Origin: Amphiscolops sp. MND2022
Lineage: Eukaryota
Direction of reading: 5' to 3'
DNA: 64,000 nucleotides
Assembly: GCA_964187785.1 (NCBI GenBank)
Contig: OZ076409.1
Coordinates: 76,138,001 to 76,202,000 of the forward strand
Part shown: positions 25,901 through 39,583 of the stretch, in pieces
Numbering within the stretch: the stretch's first letter is position 1
Layout of the letters: each line of letters begins with the position of its first letter
The notes under the pieces: generated by a model
The model's database searches: none
What the model was told of the DNA's origin: nothing
The model's input: only the letters and a program-made list of their open reading frames with translations
Program-made: the position numbers and the translations under genes

Positions 25901-28900
25901 TGGCGAATTTTTTCGACATTTTTCGAAATCCCAGTCTATCTCTGCCGTTTTTTGCCCAGATTTTTTTCCAGGACCTCTCCTAAAGGCCTCCCCTGGCTGG
26001 TTTACCTCCCAGAAAAACCATTTGGCCCTATTGCCGCAGTTTCAGCGTTCCAGGATTCCCCGGGTAAAAGTAAAATGACTTAGAATTTTTTCAAAAATTT
26101 TTCAAAATTTTTTTTTCAACTTGAGGCCTCCCAAAGTCGAGAAACTTCCACACAACTAGTATTGCAAGTGAATGCATGTGGAAAGTGCTCGAATAGACGA
26201 GAAAAATGAGCTATTATAAACCTCTGTAGGTCAACTTGACGTTGACTTATGACAATTTTAGTGTGAGCTTGCTATGTGAGAAAAAAATTCGAAAATTGAA
26301 AATCGAAGCTAAGTCTCATCCAAAACTCATCGGAATGGGTTCAATCCATCCCAAAGCGGTTTAATTCCAGCTATATAGTGCGCCAACACCATTCAGGGTC
26401 GTTTGACCCATTTTTATAACTTTTGACACCGTCTTATCTATCCGAAAGTTCGAAACAGTTAAGTACATTCCATCTCCCCTCCGTGGGAGATGGTAATGTA
26501 CTCGCAAAAAGCCAAGGTCCTACCGCCCTGTTCTATCCGGCGTTGCGCCAGAAATGCAGTAGCATGAGCTCCAGGTCGTTTGCAGTAGCCTTTACGGGTG
26601 TTGTGACTATGCATTACAAGTCTAACTATGTTACTGAACGTGAAAAAAATGTTTCACTCCAAAATTTTTTTTAACTATTTTATGTCATCAATAAAGATAT
26701 ATCCATCCATTTACTACTACCTACCCCATCACCCGCCCCCTCCACTATCTGTTCAACCGTTCACGTCTAGGTGGCCGCGTCTTTTGTCGAACTTTAACCA
26801 TGGAGGCGCGGGTAGGGTCCTGCGCCGACTTAGTGCCTTTACTATGATACAAAAATAGGTACCTGAGTAAACGATCTCGAAGATGAGCCGTCAGAAATTC
26901 CTGAAAATTTGCATGTGGCCCCCAATTGGCGAGCATATGAAAAGTGTAGGAGGTCATTTTTCCCAAATTCCACTGTGAGACGAGATAAACGCGAAAAATG
27001 AGGTAAAAAATGGACCCATTTTTGATAAATTTTGCAATATCTCGTTCCAGAGGCATCGGAGGTACCGTATACCTGACGTGGAAAATGCTCGGCATGTGAA
27101 GGGGGTTACGTGGACAAATTTTCGTCCAAATCGGATAAAAATTGACAGAGTAATAACAAATTTTTTTGTGCATTTTGGCGACTTTTTCAGAAAACCCAGT
27201 TTATCTCTGCCGTTTTTTGCCCAGATTTTTTTCTAGAACCTCTCCTAAAGGCCTCCCCTGGCCGGTTTACCTCCCAAAAAAACCATTTGGCCCTAAATAC
27301 GAGGTTTCAGCGTTCCAGCATTCCCCAGTGAAAAGTTATGGGACTTAGAAATTTTTCAAAATTTTTCAAATTTTTTCTAAAAAAAGTTCAGGCCGCCCAA
27401 AGTGAAGAAACTTCCACACAACTAGTATTGCAAGTGAATGCATGTGGAAAGCCCTGCACTTGACGAGAAAAATGCCGTTTAGAACGTCTTTTTATCTTTA
27501 CTTGATGTTGACTTATGATCTTTTGAGTAACGTATAACACGTGATCACAGTAGTGAAAATCCTAATTTTCAATATTTTTCAAACAATAACGCATGAAAAG
27601 AACCTGGAAAGGTTCCGATGGGTCAGTTGGGATGTCTGAAGCATGTGTACATTCCCGTAGTGTATAGCGGATGTATTTGGGACTTATTAGAAATTGTGAT
27701 ATAATTTAAACAAGTCTTTGTTTCTCTTAGAATCTTATGCAGTTGAGTACATTCCATCTCCCTCTCAGGGGAGATGTGAATGTACGTTTGCCAAATGCCT
27801 TGTAAAGTTCACATGTTTGATGGACTTAACTAAAAAAACAAGTGTGAGTTGCGTTTGCCGAATCGCTACAGCAAAAAATACTAAAACTTTAGTCAGATTG
27901 AATGGTTTTTGTCTTTAGTGTTTCTTCTTGTATAGCCGACTTCCACATCCAAATATTAACGCCCACCGTCCGTAGGCATGCCGAGGCATGCCTTTCGACG
28001 ACGTATGCCAAATACCCAATGCCACACAGTCTTTCCCCGCTAGGTGCCAAAATCTATTGATTTGCCAAACACTTCGAGGGCGGGGTAGGGCCCCCAGCCC
28101 GAGTCAAAAGTCGAAGACAAACAACTTAAGGCAACTGTCGAATTCTCCTATCGATTTTCTAAACGAGCCGTCAGATTTGGCTGAAATTTTGCATACGGCT
28201 TCCTATAACAATCCTAAGAACTAATCCCTACTGGCGTTTTGCCCGGAAAATTCAAAAAGTGGGTCAAAATCTTAGTTTTTTGGTCGAAAAATGGCGTTTT
28301 TTTGGAAAAAATTTTTTTAAGAGCCCATATCTCGCTCCCAGGTGCCCGTAGCGACCAGACCTCGGACGGTACTATTGCTGGGCACTTCGTAAGGAGTCCG
28401 TAGACAAATTTTCGTACAGATCGGATAAAAATTGACTGAGTAATAGCCGTCATTGGGACGCATTTTTTCGACTTTTTTCGAAAACCTAGTCTATCTCTGC
28501 CGTTTTTTGCCCAGATTTTTTTCCAGGACCTCTCCTAAAGGCCTCCCCTGGCCGGTTTACCTCCCAGAAAAACCATTTGGCCCTTTTGCCGCAGTTTCAG
28601 CGTTCCAGGATTCCTTGAGTAAAAGTAAAATGACTTAGAATTTTCTCAAAAAATTTTCAAAATTTTTTTTTCAACTTCAGACCTCCCAAAGTCAGGAAAC
28701 TTCCACACAACTAGTATTGCAAGTGAATGCATGTGGAAAGTGCTCGAATAGACGAGAAAAATGAGCTATTATAAAGCTCTGTAGCTCAACCTGACGTTGA
28801 CTTATGATAATTTTAGTGTGAGCTTGCTATGTGAGAAAAAATTTCAAAAATTGAAAATCGAGCTAAGTCTCATCCAAAACTCATCGGAATACGTTCAATC

Positions 28901-29327
28901 CACCCTAAAGCGGTTTAATTCCAGTTACTAAGTGCAGCAACACCATTCAAGGTCATTTAACCCATATTTATAATTTTTGACACCGTCTTATCCATTTGAA
29001 AGTTCGAAACAGTTGAGTACATTCCATCTCCCCTACGTGGGAGATGGCAATGTACTCGCAAAAAGCCAAGGTCCTACCGCCCTATTCTATCCGGCGTTGC
29101 ATCAGAAATGCAGTAGCATGAGCTCCAGGTTGTTTGCAGTAGCCTTTACGTATGTTGTGACTATGTATTACAATTCTAACTCTGTTACTAAACATGAAAA
29201 AATTGTTTCAATCCCAAAAATTTTCATTTCAACTTTAGTATGTCACCAATAAACATATATGCATCTTTCCTACTACAACCACCCTACCACCCGGCCCCTT
29301 GTCCACTGTTCAACCGTGCACGTCTAG

Positions 29328-32300
29328 GTGGTCGGTATTCTTTACTACCTCATGCTCTGAGGGCGGGGTAGGGCCCCTCGCCCGATCCTAATCCTTAGGA
29401 TTTTAAACATAAGGCCAATAATCCAAATGAAAGCGATCTCGAAAACTAACCTTACGATTTGGCTGAAATTTTGCATGCGGCTCCCTATGACAGATATAAG
29501 AACAAATCCCCACTGGCATTTTGCTGGGAAAATTCAGTTTTTGGGTCAAAATCACTATTTTAGGTCCAAAAAATGGCGTTTTTTCGGAAAATTTTTTTTC
29601 AAGAGCCAATATCTCGCTCCCAGGTGCTCGGAGCGGGTCGCATGTGGACGTCGATATTGCTAGGCACTTCGTAAGGAGTCCGTAGACAAATTTTCGTACA
29701 GATCGGATGAAAATTGACTTAGTAATAAAAAACTTTGATTTGCATTTTTTCGAAAATTTATGAAATCCTAGTGTATCTCTGCCGTTTTTTGCCCAGATTT
29801 TTTTCCAAGACCTCTCCTAAAGGCCTCCCCTGGCCGGTTTACCTCCCAGAAAAACCATTTGGCCCTTTTGCCGCAGTTTCAGCAATCCAGGATTCCCCGG
29901 GTAAAAGTAAAATGACTTAGAATTTTTTCGAAAAATTTTCAATTTTTTTTTCAACTTTAGGCCTCCCAAAGTCAAGAAACGTCCACACAACTAGTATTGC
30001 AAGTGAATGCATGTGGAAAGTGCTCGAATAGACGAGAAAAATGAGCTATTATAAACCTCTGTAGGTCAACCTGACGTTGACTTATGACAATTTTAGTGTG
30101 AGCTTGCTAAGTGACAAAAAATTTCAAAAATTGAAAATCGAAGCATAGTCTCATCCAAACTCCTCGGAATACGTTCAATCCAAGCCAGAGCGGATTAAAT
30201 CCAGCTATATAGTGCAGCAACACCATTCAAGTTGTTTTTGACTCCTTTTAATAAGTTTTGACACTGTCTTATTCATCCGAATGTTCGAAACAGTCAAGTA
30301 CATTCCATCTCCCTTTAGGGAGATGGTAATGTACTCACCAAAAACCAAGTAATATTGCCCTTTTTATACCTGGAAAGGCCCTAGAAATGCAGTAGCGTGA
30401 GCTCCAGGTCGTTTGCAGTAGCCTTCACGTGTGTTGTGACTTTGCTATAAAACTAACTATGTTACTAAAAGTGAAAAAAATTTCTCTTCAAAAAACTATT
30501 ATATTTACACGTTTTGTTGTCAAATACAACTACTAAACAAATAGCGCCCCCTTGTCTACTGTTCAACCGTGCACGTCTAGGTGGTCGGTATTCTTTACTA
30601 CCTCATGCTCTGAGGGCGGGGTAGGGCCCCTCGCCCGATCCTAATCCTTAGGATTTTAAACATAAGGCCAATAATCCAAATGAAAGCGATCTCGAAAACT
30701 AACCTTACGATTTGGCTGAAATTTTGCATGCGGCTCCCTATGACAGATATAAGAACAAATCCCTACTGGCATTTTGCTGGGAAAATTCAGTTTTTGGGTC
30801 AAAATCACTATTTTAGGTCCAAAAAATGGCGTTTTTTCGGAAAATTTTTTTTCAAGAGCCAATATCTCGCTCCCAGGTGCTCGGAGCGGGTCGCATGTGG
30901 ACGTCGATATTGCTAGGCACTTCGTAAGGAGTCCGTAGACAAATTTTCGTACAGATCGGATGAAAATTGACTTAGTAATAAAAAACTTTGATTTGCATTT
31001 TTTCGAAAATTTATGAAATCCTAGTGTATCTCTGCCGTTTTTTGCCCAGATTTTTTTCCAAGACCTCTCCTAAAGGCCTCCCCTGGCCGGTTTACCTCCC
31101 AGAAAAACCATTTGGCCCTTTTGCCGCAGTTTCAGCAATCCAGGATTCCCCGGGTAAAAGTAAAATGACTTAGAATTTTTTCGAAAAATTTTCAATTTTT
31201 TTTTCAACTTTAGGCCTCCCAAAGTCAAGAAACGTCCACACAACTAGTATTGCAAGTGAATGCATGTGGAAAGTGCTCGAATAGACGAGAAAAATGAGCT
31301 ATTATAAACCTCTGTAGGTCAACCTGACGTTGACTTATGACAATTTTAGTGTGAGCTTGCTAAGTGACAAAAAATTTCAAAAATTGAAAATCGAAGCATA
31401 GTCTCATCCAAACTCCTCGGAATACGTTCAATCCAAGCCAGAGCGGATTAAATCCAGCTATATAGTGCAGCAACACCATTCAAGTTGTTTTTGACTCCTT
31501 TTAATAAGTTTTGACACTGTCTTATTCATCCGAATGTTCGAAACAGTCAAGTACATTCCATCTCCCTTTAGGGAGATGGTAATGTACTCACCAAAAACCA
31601 AGTAATATTGCCCTTTTTATACCTGGAAAGGCCCTAGAAATGCAGTAGCGTGAGCTCCAGGTCGTTTGCAGTAGCCTTCACGTGTGTTGTGACTTTGCTA
31701 TAAAACTAACTATGTTACTAAAAGTGAAAAAAATTTCTCTTCAAAAAACTATTATATTTACACGTTTTGTTGTCAAATACAACTACTAAACAAATAGCGC
31801 CCCCTTGTCTACTGTTCAACCGTGCACGTCTAGGTGGTCGGTATTCTTTACTACCTCATGCTCTGAGGGCGGGGTAGGGCCCCTCGCCCGATCCTAATCC
31901 TTAGGATTTTAAACATAAGGCCAATAATCCAGATATTGGCGATCTCGAAAACTAACCTTACGATTTGGCTGAAATTTTGCATGCGGCTCCCTATGACAGA
32001 TATAAGAACAAATCCCTACTGGCATTTTGCTGGGAAAATTCAGTTTTTGGGTCAAAATCACTATTTTAGGTCCAAAAAATGGCGTTTTTTCGGAAAATTT
32101 TTTTTCAAGAGCCAATATCTCGCTCCCAGGTGCTCGGAGCGGGTCGCATGTGGACGTCGATATTGCTAGGCACTTCGTAAGGAGTCCGTAGACAAATTTT
32201 CGTACAGATCGGATGAAAATTGACTTAGTAATAAAAAACTTTGATTTGCATTTTTTCGAAAATTTATGAAATCCTAGTGTATCTCTGCCGTTTTTTGCCC

Positions 32301-33088
32301 AGATTTTTTTCCAGGACCTCTCCTAAAGGCCTCCCCTGGCCGGTTTACCTCCCAGAAAAACCATTTGGCCCTTTTGCCGCAGTTTCAGCAATCCAGGATT
32401 CCCCGGGTAAAAGTAAAATGACTTAGAATTTTTTCGAAAAATTTTCAAATTTTTTTTTTCAACTTTAGGCCTCCCAAAGTCAAGAAACGTCCACACAACT
32501 AGTATTGCAAGTGAATGCATGTGGAAAGTGCTCGAATAGACGAGAAAAATGAGCTATTATAAACCTCTGTAGGTCAACCTGACGTTGACTTATGACAATT
32601 TTAGTGTGAGCTTGCTAAGTGACAAAAAATTTCAAAAATTGAAAATCGAAGCATAGTCTCATCCAAACTCCTCGGAATACGTTCAATCCAAGCCAGAGCG
32701 GATTAAATCCAGCTATATAGTGCAGCAACACCATTCAAGTTGTTTTTGACTCCTTTTAATAAGTTTTGACACTGTCTTATTCATCCGAATGTTCGAAACA
32801 GTCAAGTACATTCCATCTCCCTTTAGGGAGATGGTAATGTACTCACCAAAAACCAAGTAATATTGCCCTTTTTATACCTGGAAAGGCCCTAGAAATGCAG
32901 TAGCGTGAGCTCCAGGTCGTTTGCAGTAGCCTTCACGTGTGTTGTGACTTTGCTATAAAACTAACTATGTTACTAAAAGTGAAAAAAATTTCTCTTCAAA
33001 AAACTATTATATTTACACGTTTTGTTGTCAAATACAACTACTAAACAAATAGCGCCCCCTTGTCTACTGTTCAACCGTGCACGTCTAG
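29328..33088 (+). repeat. Three near-identical adjacent family A units (1253, 1253, 1255 bp); a fourth close copy at 20374-21629
   Basis: Same head (ggtcggtattctttactacc), body and tail. ORF-track peptides recur at +1253. Confidence 0.95.
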
Positions 33089-36000
33089 GTGCCAAAACCC
33101 AATGGTTTGCCAAACACTTCGAGGGCGGGGTAGGGCCCCCAGCCCGAGTCAAAAAGTCGAAGACTAACAACTTAAGGCCAATACTAAAACCTCCTATCGA
33201 TCTCGGAAACGGCCCATCAGATTTTGCTCAAATTTTGCATACGGCTTCCTCTAGCGATTCTAAGAACTAATCCCTACTGACGTTTTGCCCGGAAAAATCA
33301 AAAAGTGGGTCAAAATCTTAGATTTTTGGTCGAAAAATGGCGTTTTTTTGGAAAAATTTTTTTCAAGAGCCCATATCTCGCTCCCAGGTGCCCGTAGTGA
33401 CCAGACCTCGGACGGTACTATTGCTGGGCACTTCGTAAGGAGCCCGTAGACAAATTTTCGTCCAGATCGGATAAAAATTGATAGAGTAATAGCCGCCGAT
33501 TTGGCGAATTTTTTCGACATTTTTCGAAATCCCAGTCTATCTCTGCCGTTTTTTGCCCAGATTTTTTTCCAGGACCTCTCCTAAAGGCCTCCCCTGGCTG
33601 GTTTACCTCCCAGAAAAACCATTTGGCCCTTTTGCCGCAGTTTCAGCAATCCAGGATTCCCCGGGTAAAAGTAAAATGACTTAGAATTTTTTCGAAAAAT
33701 TTTCAAAAATTTTTTTCAACTTCAGGCCTCCCAAAGTCAAGAAACTTCCACACAACTAGTATTGCAAGTGAATGCATGTGCTCGAATAGACGAGAAAAAT
33801 GAGCTATTATAAACCTCTGTAGCTCAACCTGACGTTGACTTATGACAATTTTAGTGTGAGCTTGCTATATGGTAAAAAATTTCAAAAATTGAAAATCGAA
33901 GCTAAGTCTCATCCAAAACTCATCGGAATACGTTCAATCCATCCCAAAGCGGTGTAATTCCAGCTATGTAGTGCAGCAACGCCATTCAAGGTCTTTTGAC
34001 CCATTTATATAAGTTTTGACACCGTCTTATCCATCCGAAAGTTCGAAACAGTTAAGTACATTCCATCTCCCCTCCGTGGGAGATGGTAATGTACTCGCAA
34101 AAAGCCAAGTATCACCGTCCTATTCTACCCGTAGTGGTGCTAGAACTGCAGTAGCGGGAGCGCCAGGCTGTTTACAGTAGCCTTTACGGGTGTTGTGACT
34201 ATGCATTACAAGTCTAACTATGTTACTGAACGTGAAAAAATTGTTTCACTCCAAAATTTTTTTCAACTATTCTATGTCATCAATAAAGATATATCCATCC
34301 ATTTACTACTACCTACCCCATCACCCGCCCCCTCCACTATCTGTTCAACCGTACACGTCTAGGTGCCGATCCCCTCCGGGATGCCACAGCTTCGAGGGCG
34401 GGGTAGGGCCCCCTGCCCGAGTCCAAAACCAACGGCGCTAAACTTCGCGCCAGAAACTTAAGGCGATATAGGATTCTAGAGGCGATCTCGAAAACGGCCC
34501 TATAGAATTGGCTCAAAATTTGCATACGGCTTCCTCTAGCGATTCTAAGAACTTTTCCCTACTACCGTTTTGCCCAAAAAAATTTTTTTGTTGACTTATA
34601 GACAATTTTAGGTGCCGAAAATGGCGTTTTTTCGAAAAATTTTTTTTCAAGAGCCCATATCTCGCTCCCAGGTGCTCGGAGCGGGTCGCATGTGGACGTC
34701 GATATTGCTAGGCACTTCGTAAGGAGTCCGTAGACAAATTTTCGTACAGATCGGATGAAAATTGACTTAGTAATAAAAAACTTTGATTTGCATTTTTTCG
34801 AAAATTTCTGAAAACCCAGTCTATCTCTGCCGTTTTTTGCCCAGATTTTTTTCCAGGACCTCTCCTAAAGGCCTCCCCTGGCCGGTTTACCTCCCAGAAA
34901 AACCATTTGGCCCTAAATACGGAGTTTCAGCGTTCCAGGATTCCCCGGGTAAAAGTAAAATGACTTAGAATTTTTTCGAAAAAATTTCAATTTTTTTTTT
35001 CAACTTCAGGCCTCCCAAAGTCAGGAAACGTCCACACAACTAGTATTGCAAGTGAATGCATGTGGAAAGTGCTCGAATAGACGAGAAAAATGAGCTATTA
35101 TAAACCTCTGTAGCTCAACCTGACGTTGACTTATGACAATTTTAGTGTGAGCTTGCTATGTGAGAAAAAATTTCAAAATTTGAAAATCGAAGTTATGTCT
35201 CATCCAAAACTCATCGGAATACGTTCAATCCATCCCAAAGCGGTTTATTTCCAGCTATAGAGTGCAGCAACACCGTTCAAGGTTATTTGACCCATTTTAA
35301 TAGGTTTGGACTCTGTCTTATTCATCCGAAAGTTCGAAACAGTTAAGTACATTCCATCTCCCCTCCGTGGGAGATGGTAATGTACTCGCAAAAAGCCAAG
35401 TATAACCGCCCTATTCTACCCGTAGTGGTGCTAGAAGAGCAGTAGCGTGAGCTCCAGGTTTGCAGTAGTCTTTATGTGTTATAATTATATTTTTCATAGC
35501 TAAAAATCTTACTAAACGTGATAAAAAAAATTACATCACTCAAAATTTTTTCAAATATTATTATATGTCCCCAATTGACGCACGTCAACTATTTCACTAC
35601 AACCACCCTACCACCCGGCCCCTCGTATCTTTGTTCAACCGTACACGTCTAGGTGCCAATCCCCCCCGGGATGCCACAACTTCGAGGGCGGGGTAGGGCC
35701 CCCTGCCCGAGTCCAAAACCAACGGCGCTAAACTTCGCGCCAGAAACTTAAGGCGTTTTCCATTTCTAGAGGCGATTTCGAAAACGGCCCATTCGATTTG
35801 GCTCAAATTTTGCATGCGGCTTCCTCTAGCAATTCTAAGAACTTTTCCCTACTACCGTTTTGCCCGGAAAATTTTTTTTGTTGACTTATAGACAATTTTA
35901 GGTGCCGAAAATGGCGTTTTTTCGAAAAATTTTTTTTCAAGAGCCCATATCTCGCTCCCAGGTGCTCGGAGCGGGTCGCATGTGGACGTCGATATTGCTA

Positions 36001-39000
36001 GGCACTTCGTAAGGAGTCCGTAGACAAATTTTCGTCCAGATCGGATGAAAATTGACTTAGTAATAAAAAACTTTGATTTGCATTTTTTCGAAAATTTATG
36101 AAATCCCAGTGTATCTCTGCCGTTTTTTGCCCAGATTTTTTTCCAGGACCTCTCCTAAAGGCCTCCCCTGGCCGGTTTACATCCCAAAAAAACCATTTGG
36201 CCCTTTTGCCGCAGTTTCAGCGTTCCAGGATTTCTTGAGTAAAAGATAAATGACTTAGAATTTTTTCGAAAAATTTTCAAAATTTTTTTTTCAACTTCAG
36301 GCCTCCCAAAGTCAAGAAACGTCCACACAACTAGTATTGCAAGTGAATGCATGTGGAAAGTGCTCGAATAGACGAGAAAAATGAGCTATTATAAAGTTCT
36401 GTAGCTTAACCTGACGTTGACTTATGACAATTTTAGTGTGAGCTTGCTATGTGAGAAAAAATTTCAAAAATTGAAAATCGAGCTAAGTCTCATCCAAAAC
36501 TCATCGGAATACGCTCAATCCATCCCAAAGCGGTTTAATTCCAGCTATATAGTGCAGCAACACCATTCAAGGTCATTTGACTCATTTCTATAGGTTTTGA
36601 CTCTGTCTTATCCATCCGAAAGTTCGAAACAGTTAAGTACATTCCATCTCCCCTCCGTGGGAGATGGTAATGTACTCGCAAAAAGCCAAGTACTACCGCC
36701 CTATTCTACCCGTAGTGGTGCTAGAAATGCAGTAGCGTGAGCTCCAGGTTGTTTGCAGTAGTCTCTATGTGTTATAATTATTTTTTTCATAGCTAAAAAT
36801 CTTACTAAACGTGATAAAAAAAAATACATCACTCAAAATTTTTTCAAATATTATTATATGTCCCCAATTGACGCACGTCAACTATTTCACTACAACCACC
36901 CTACCACCCGGCCCCTCGTATCTTTGTTCAACCGTACACGTCTAGGTGCCGGGATTTCTATTCGATAAAGTATTTTGCGCGGTTGGGTAGGGCCCCGTGA
37001 GCGCGCCAGGGGATTGTGTTAGAACAACCGGAAATTCGGCATACGATTTTGGCGATTTTCTAAACTATCCATACGATTTGGCTCAAATTTGGCATACGGG
37101 TTCCTGAGACAGATATAAGAACTAATTCCTACTGGCGTTTTGCCCGGAAAATTTTTTTTGTTGCCCAAAATTGAAATTTTCGGCAAAAAAATGCGATTTT
37201 TTTTGAAAAATTTTTTTTGAGAGGCCATATCTTTTTTCAGGGTGCCCGGAGCGGGACGCGTTAAACTGATTATAAACTCTACGGTTCATGGGCTTTACGG
37301 AGAACCTAAGCTCGTTTCGCTCGGACAAATAGTCTTGGAGATATAACGGGATTTTTTGGGAATTTTTTGAAAATTTTTCTAACGGTCCAGCTTATCTTTG
37401 CCATTTTTTCAAAAATGCACTCGCCTAAAGGCCTCCCCTGGCCGGTTTTATTCCCAGCAAAACCATTTGGCCCTAAATACGGAGTTTCAGCGTTCCAGCA
37501 TTCCCGGGCGAAAAGTTGTGGGACTTAGAAAAATTTCAAAATTTTTCAAAATTTTTTTTTCCGTTTTCCGCCCTCCCCCCCGAGGGGAAAAGACCCCCCA
37601 ACCAGTAATTTGAGTGAATTCATGTGGAAAGGCCATGTTTAGGGGAGAAAAATGCCGTTTAGATCGTCTTTTTATTTTAACCTGTCGTTGACTTATGTTG
37701 TTTTGAAGGTGATGTTTGGATGTGTGAAGCATGTGAAAAGGTAATTTATTGTGTCTTTAGCTCTTCTAAAAGCCATTGAGATACAAGGTGTAGCACTCAG
37801 AACGTGTTTAATTCTAAATTAGCAATGCATCAACACTTTTTGTGTCTTTGGACTCTGTTAAAAAAATTTTTCCCACTAAAATCAAAAATTATTTATAATT
37901 ATTCACATTTTTTTCTGATCTCATGACTCGAAACAGTTGAGTACATTCCATCTCCCTTCCCGGGGGAGATGAGAATGTACTCTCTAAAGACCAGGTACTA
38001 CAGTACTTACCTTCCCCGAGCAACGCCCCATAAAAATTGCGTTTTGATCATTCTATTTTGACATAATTCTATCTTTGTAATTTGACTGGAAATGAAGAAA
38101 ATCCGCACGTGCTCTTTTATATCAAGTATCTTAACAACGCCATCTCTTTAACGTCAACGCCCCATAGTTCACATCAACGCCCACCGTCCGTGGGCATGCC
38201 GAGGCATGCCCTTCGACGACGTATGCCAAAGATATTCCCGAGCGCGTTAGCCTAGGTGCCGGGATTTCTATTCGATAAAGTATTTTGCGCGGTTGGGTAG
38301 GGCCCCGTGAGCGCGCCAGGGGATTGTGTTAGAACAACCGGAAATTCGGCATACGATTTTGGCGATTTTCTAAACTATCCATACGATTTGGCTCAAATTT
38401 GGCATACGGGTTCCTGAGACAGATATAAGAACTAATTCCTACTGGCGTTTTGCCCGGAAAATTTTTTTTGTTGCCCAAAATTGAAATTTTCGGCAAAAAA
38501 ATGCGATTTTTTTTGAAAAATTTTTTTTGAGAGGCCATATCTTTTTTCAGGGAGCCCGGAGCGGGACGCGTTAAACTAATTATAAACTCTACGGTTCATG
38601 GGCTTTACGGAGAACCTAGGCTCGTTTCGATCGAACAAATAGTCTTGGAGATATAACTGCATTTTTTGGGAATTTTTTGGAAATTTTTCTAACGGTCCAG
38701 CTTATCTTTGCCATTTTTTCGAAAATGTACTCGCCTAAAGGCCTCCCCTGGCCGGTTTTCCTCCCAGCAAAACCATTTGGCCCTAAATACGAAGTTTCAG
38801 CGTTCTAGCATTCCCGGGCGAAAAGTTGTGGGACTTAGAAAAAATTTTTGGAAACGCAAAATTTGTAAAGTCAACTTCAGGTCTCACAAAGTCAAGGAAC
38901 TTCCACACTACTAGTATTGCAAGTGAATGCATGTGGAAAGTACTCGAATAGACGAGAAAAATGAGCTATAGAACAGCTCTGTAGCTTAACTTGACGTTGA

Positions 39001-39559
39001 CTTATGACAATTTTAGTGTGAGCCTGCTATGTGAGATAAAAATTCAAAATTGAAAATCGAAGCTAAGTCTCGTCCAAAACTCATCGGAACACGTTCAATC
39101 CATCCCAGAGCGGTTTAATTCCAGCTATATAATGCAGCAACACTATTCAAGACCATTTGATCCACTTACATTAGTTTTGACACCGTATTATTCTTCCGAG
39201 AGCACGAAACAGTTGAGTACATTCCATCTCCCTTTCGAGGGAGATGAGAATGTACTCGCTAAAGTCCAGGTACTACAGTCCATATTTGTTTTTATGCGAC
39301 GCTCCTATGGTTTGTATGGTAGTGCGTACACGTATTAATCTTTTAACTTATTTTTTGTTGTCTGCAGTTTGACTTTGACTTGACATAAACTGAACGTTTT
39401 GTCCTTACAACAGACATGACTAACGTCAACGCCCCATCCTTGCATCAACGCCCACCGTCCGTGGGCATGCCGAGGCATGCCCTTCGACGACGTATACCAA
39501 GATATACATCGAGCGCGTTAGCCTAGGTGCGGGGGGGTAACCCCAACAAAGATATTGGA

Positions 39560-39583
39560 GGATTCGGGTAGGGTCCTGAATCC
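39560..39583 (+). other. Head hairpin with conserved loop (example; equivalent near the start of each unit)
   Basis: GGATTCGGG-TAGGGT-CCTGAATCC. The loop begins 40-44 nt after the junction in the units I measured. Confidence 0.8.

Larger units (their letters stand above)
1..39526 (+). repeat. Family A tandem array of ~1.25-1.3 kb head-to-tail units (probable non-autonomous Helitron-like elements)
   Basis: Units start (GTG after CTAG) at 1283, 4399, 5671, 6944, 8213, 10594, 11863, 13151, 20374, 21630, 22909, 24197, 25488, 26771, 28044, 29328, 30581, 31834, 33089, 34363, 35653, 36946, 38256. Shared core blocks include cctaaaggcctcccctggccgg...aaaaccatttggccc, tttcagcgttccag, catgtggaaag and gacgttgacttatg. 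Confidence 0.95.

Noticed and set aside
29328..31833. Near-identical adjacent units as a pure assembly artefact
   Set aside because: The copies show small differences (e.g. aaatccccactgg vs aaatccctactgg), consistent with recent duplication. Read-level checking is still advisable.
1283..39526. Hammerhead or HDV ribozyme in the units
   Set aside because: I found no conserved CTGANGA...GAAA core with flanking stems, and no convincing HDV topology, by eye.
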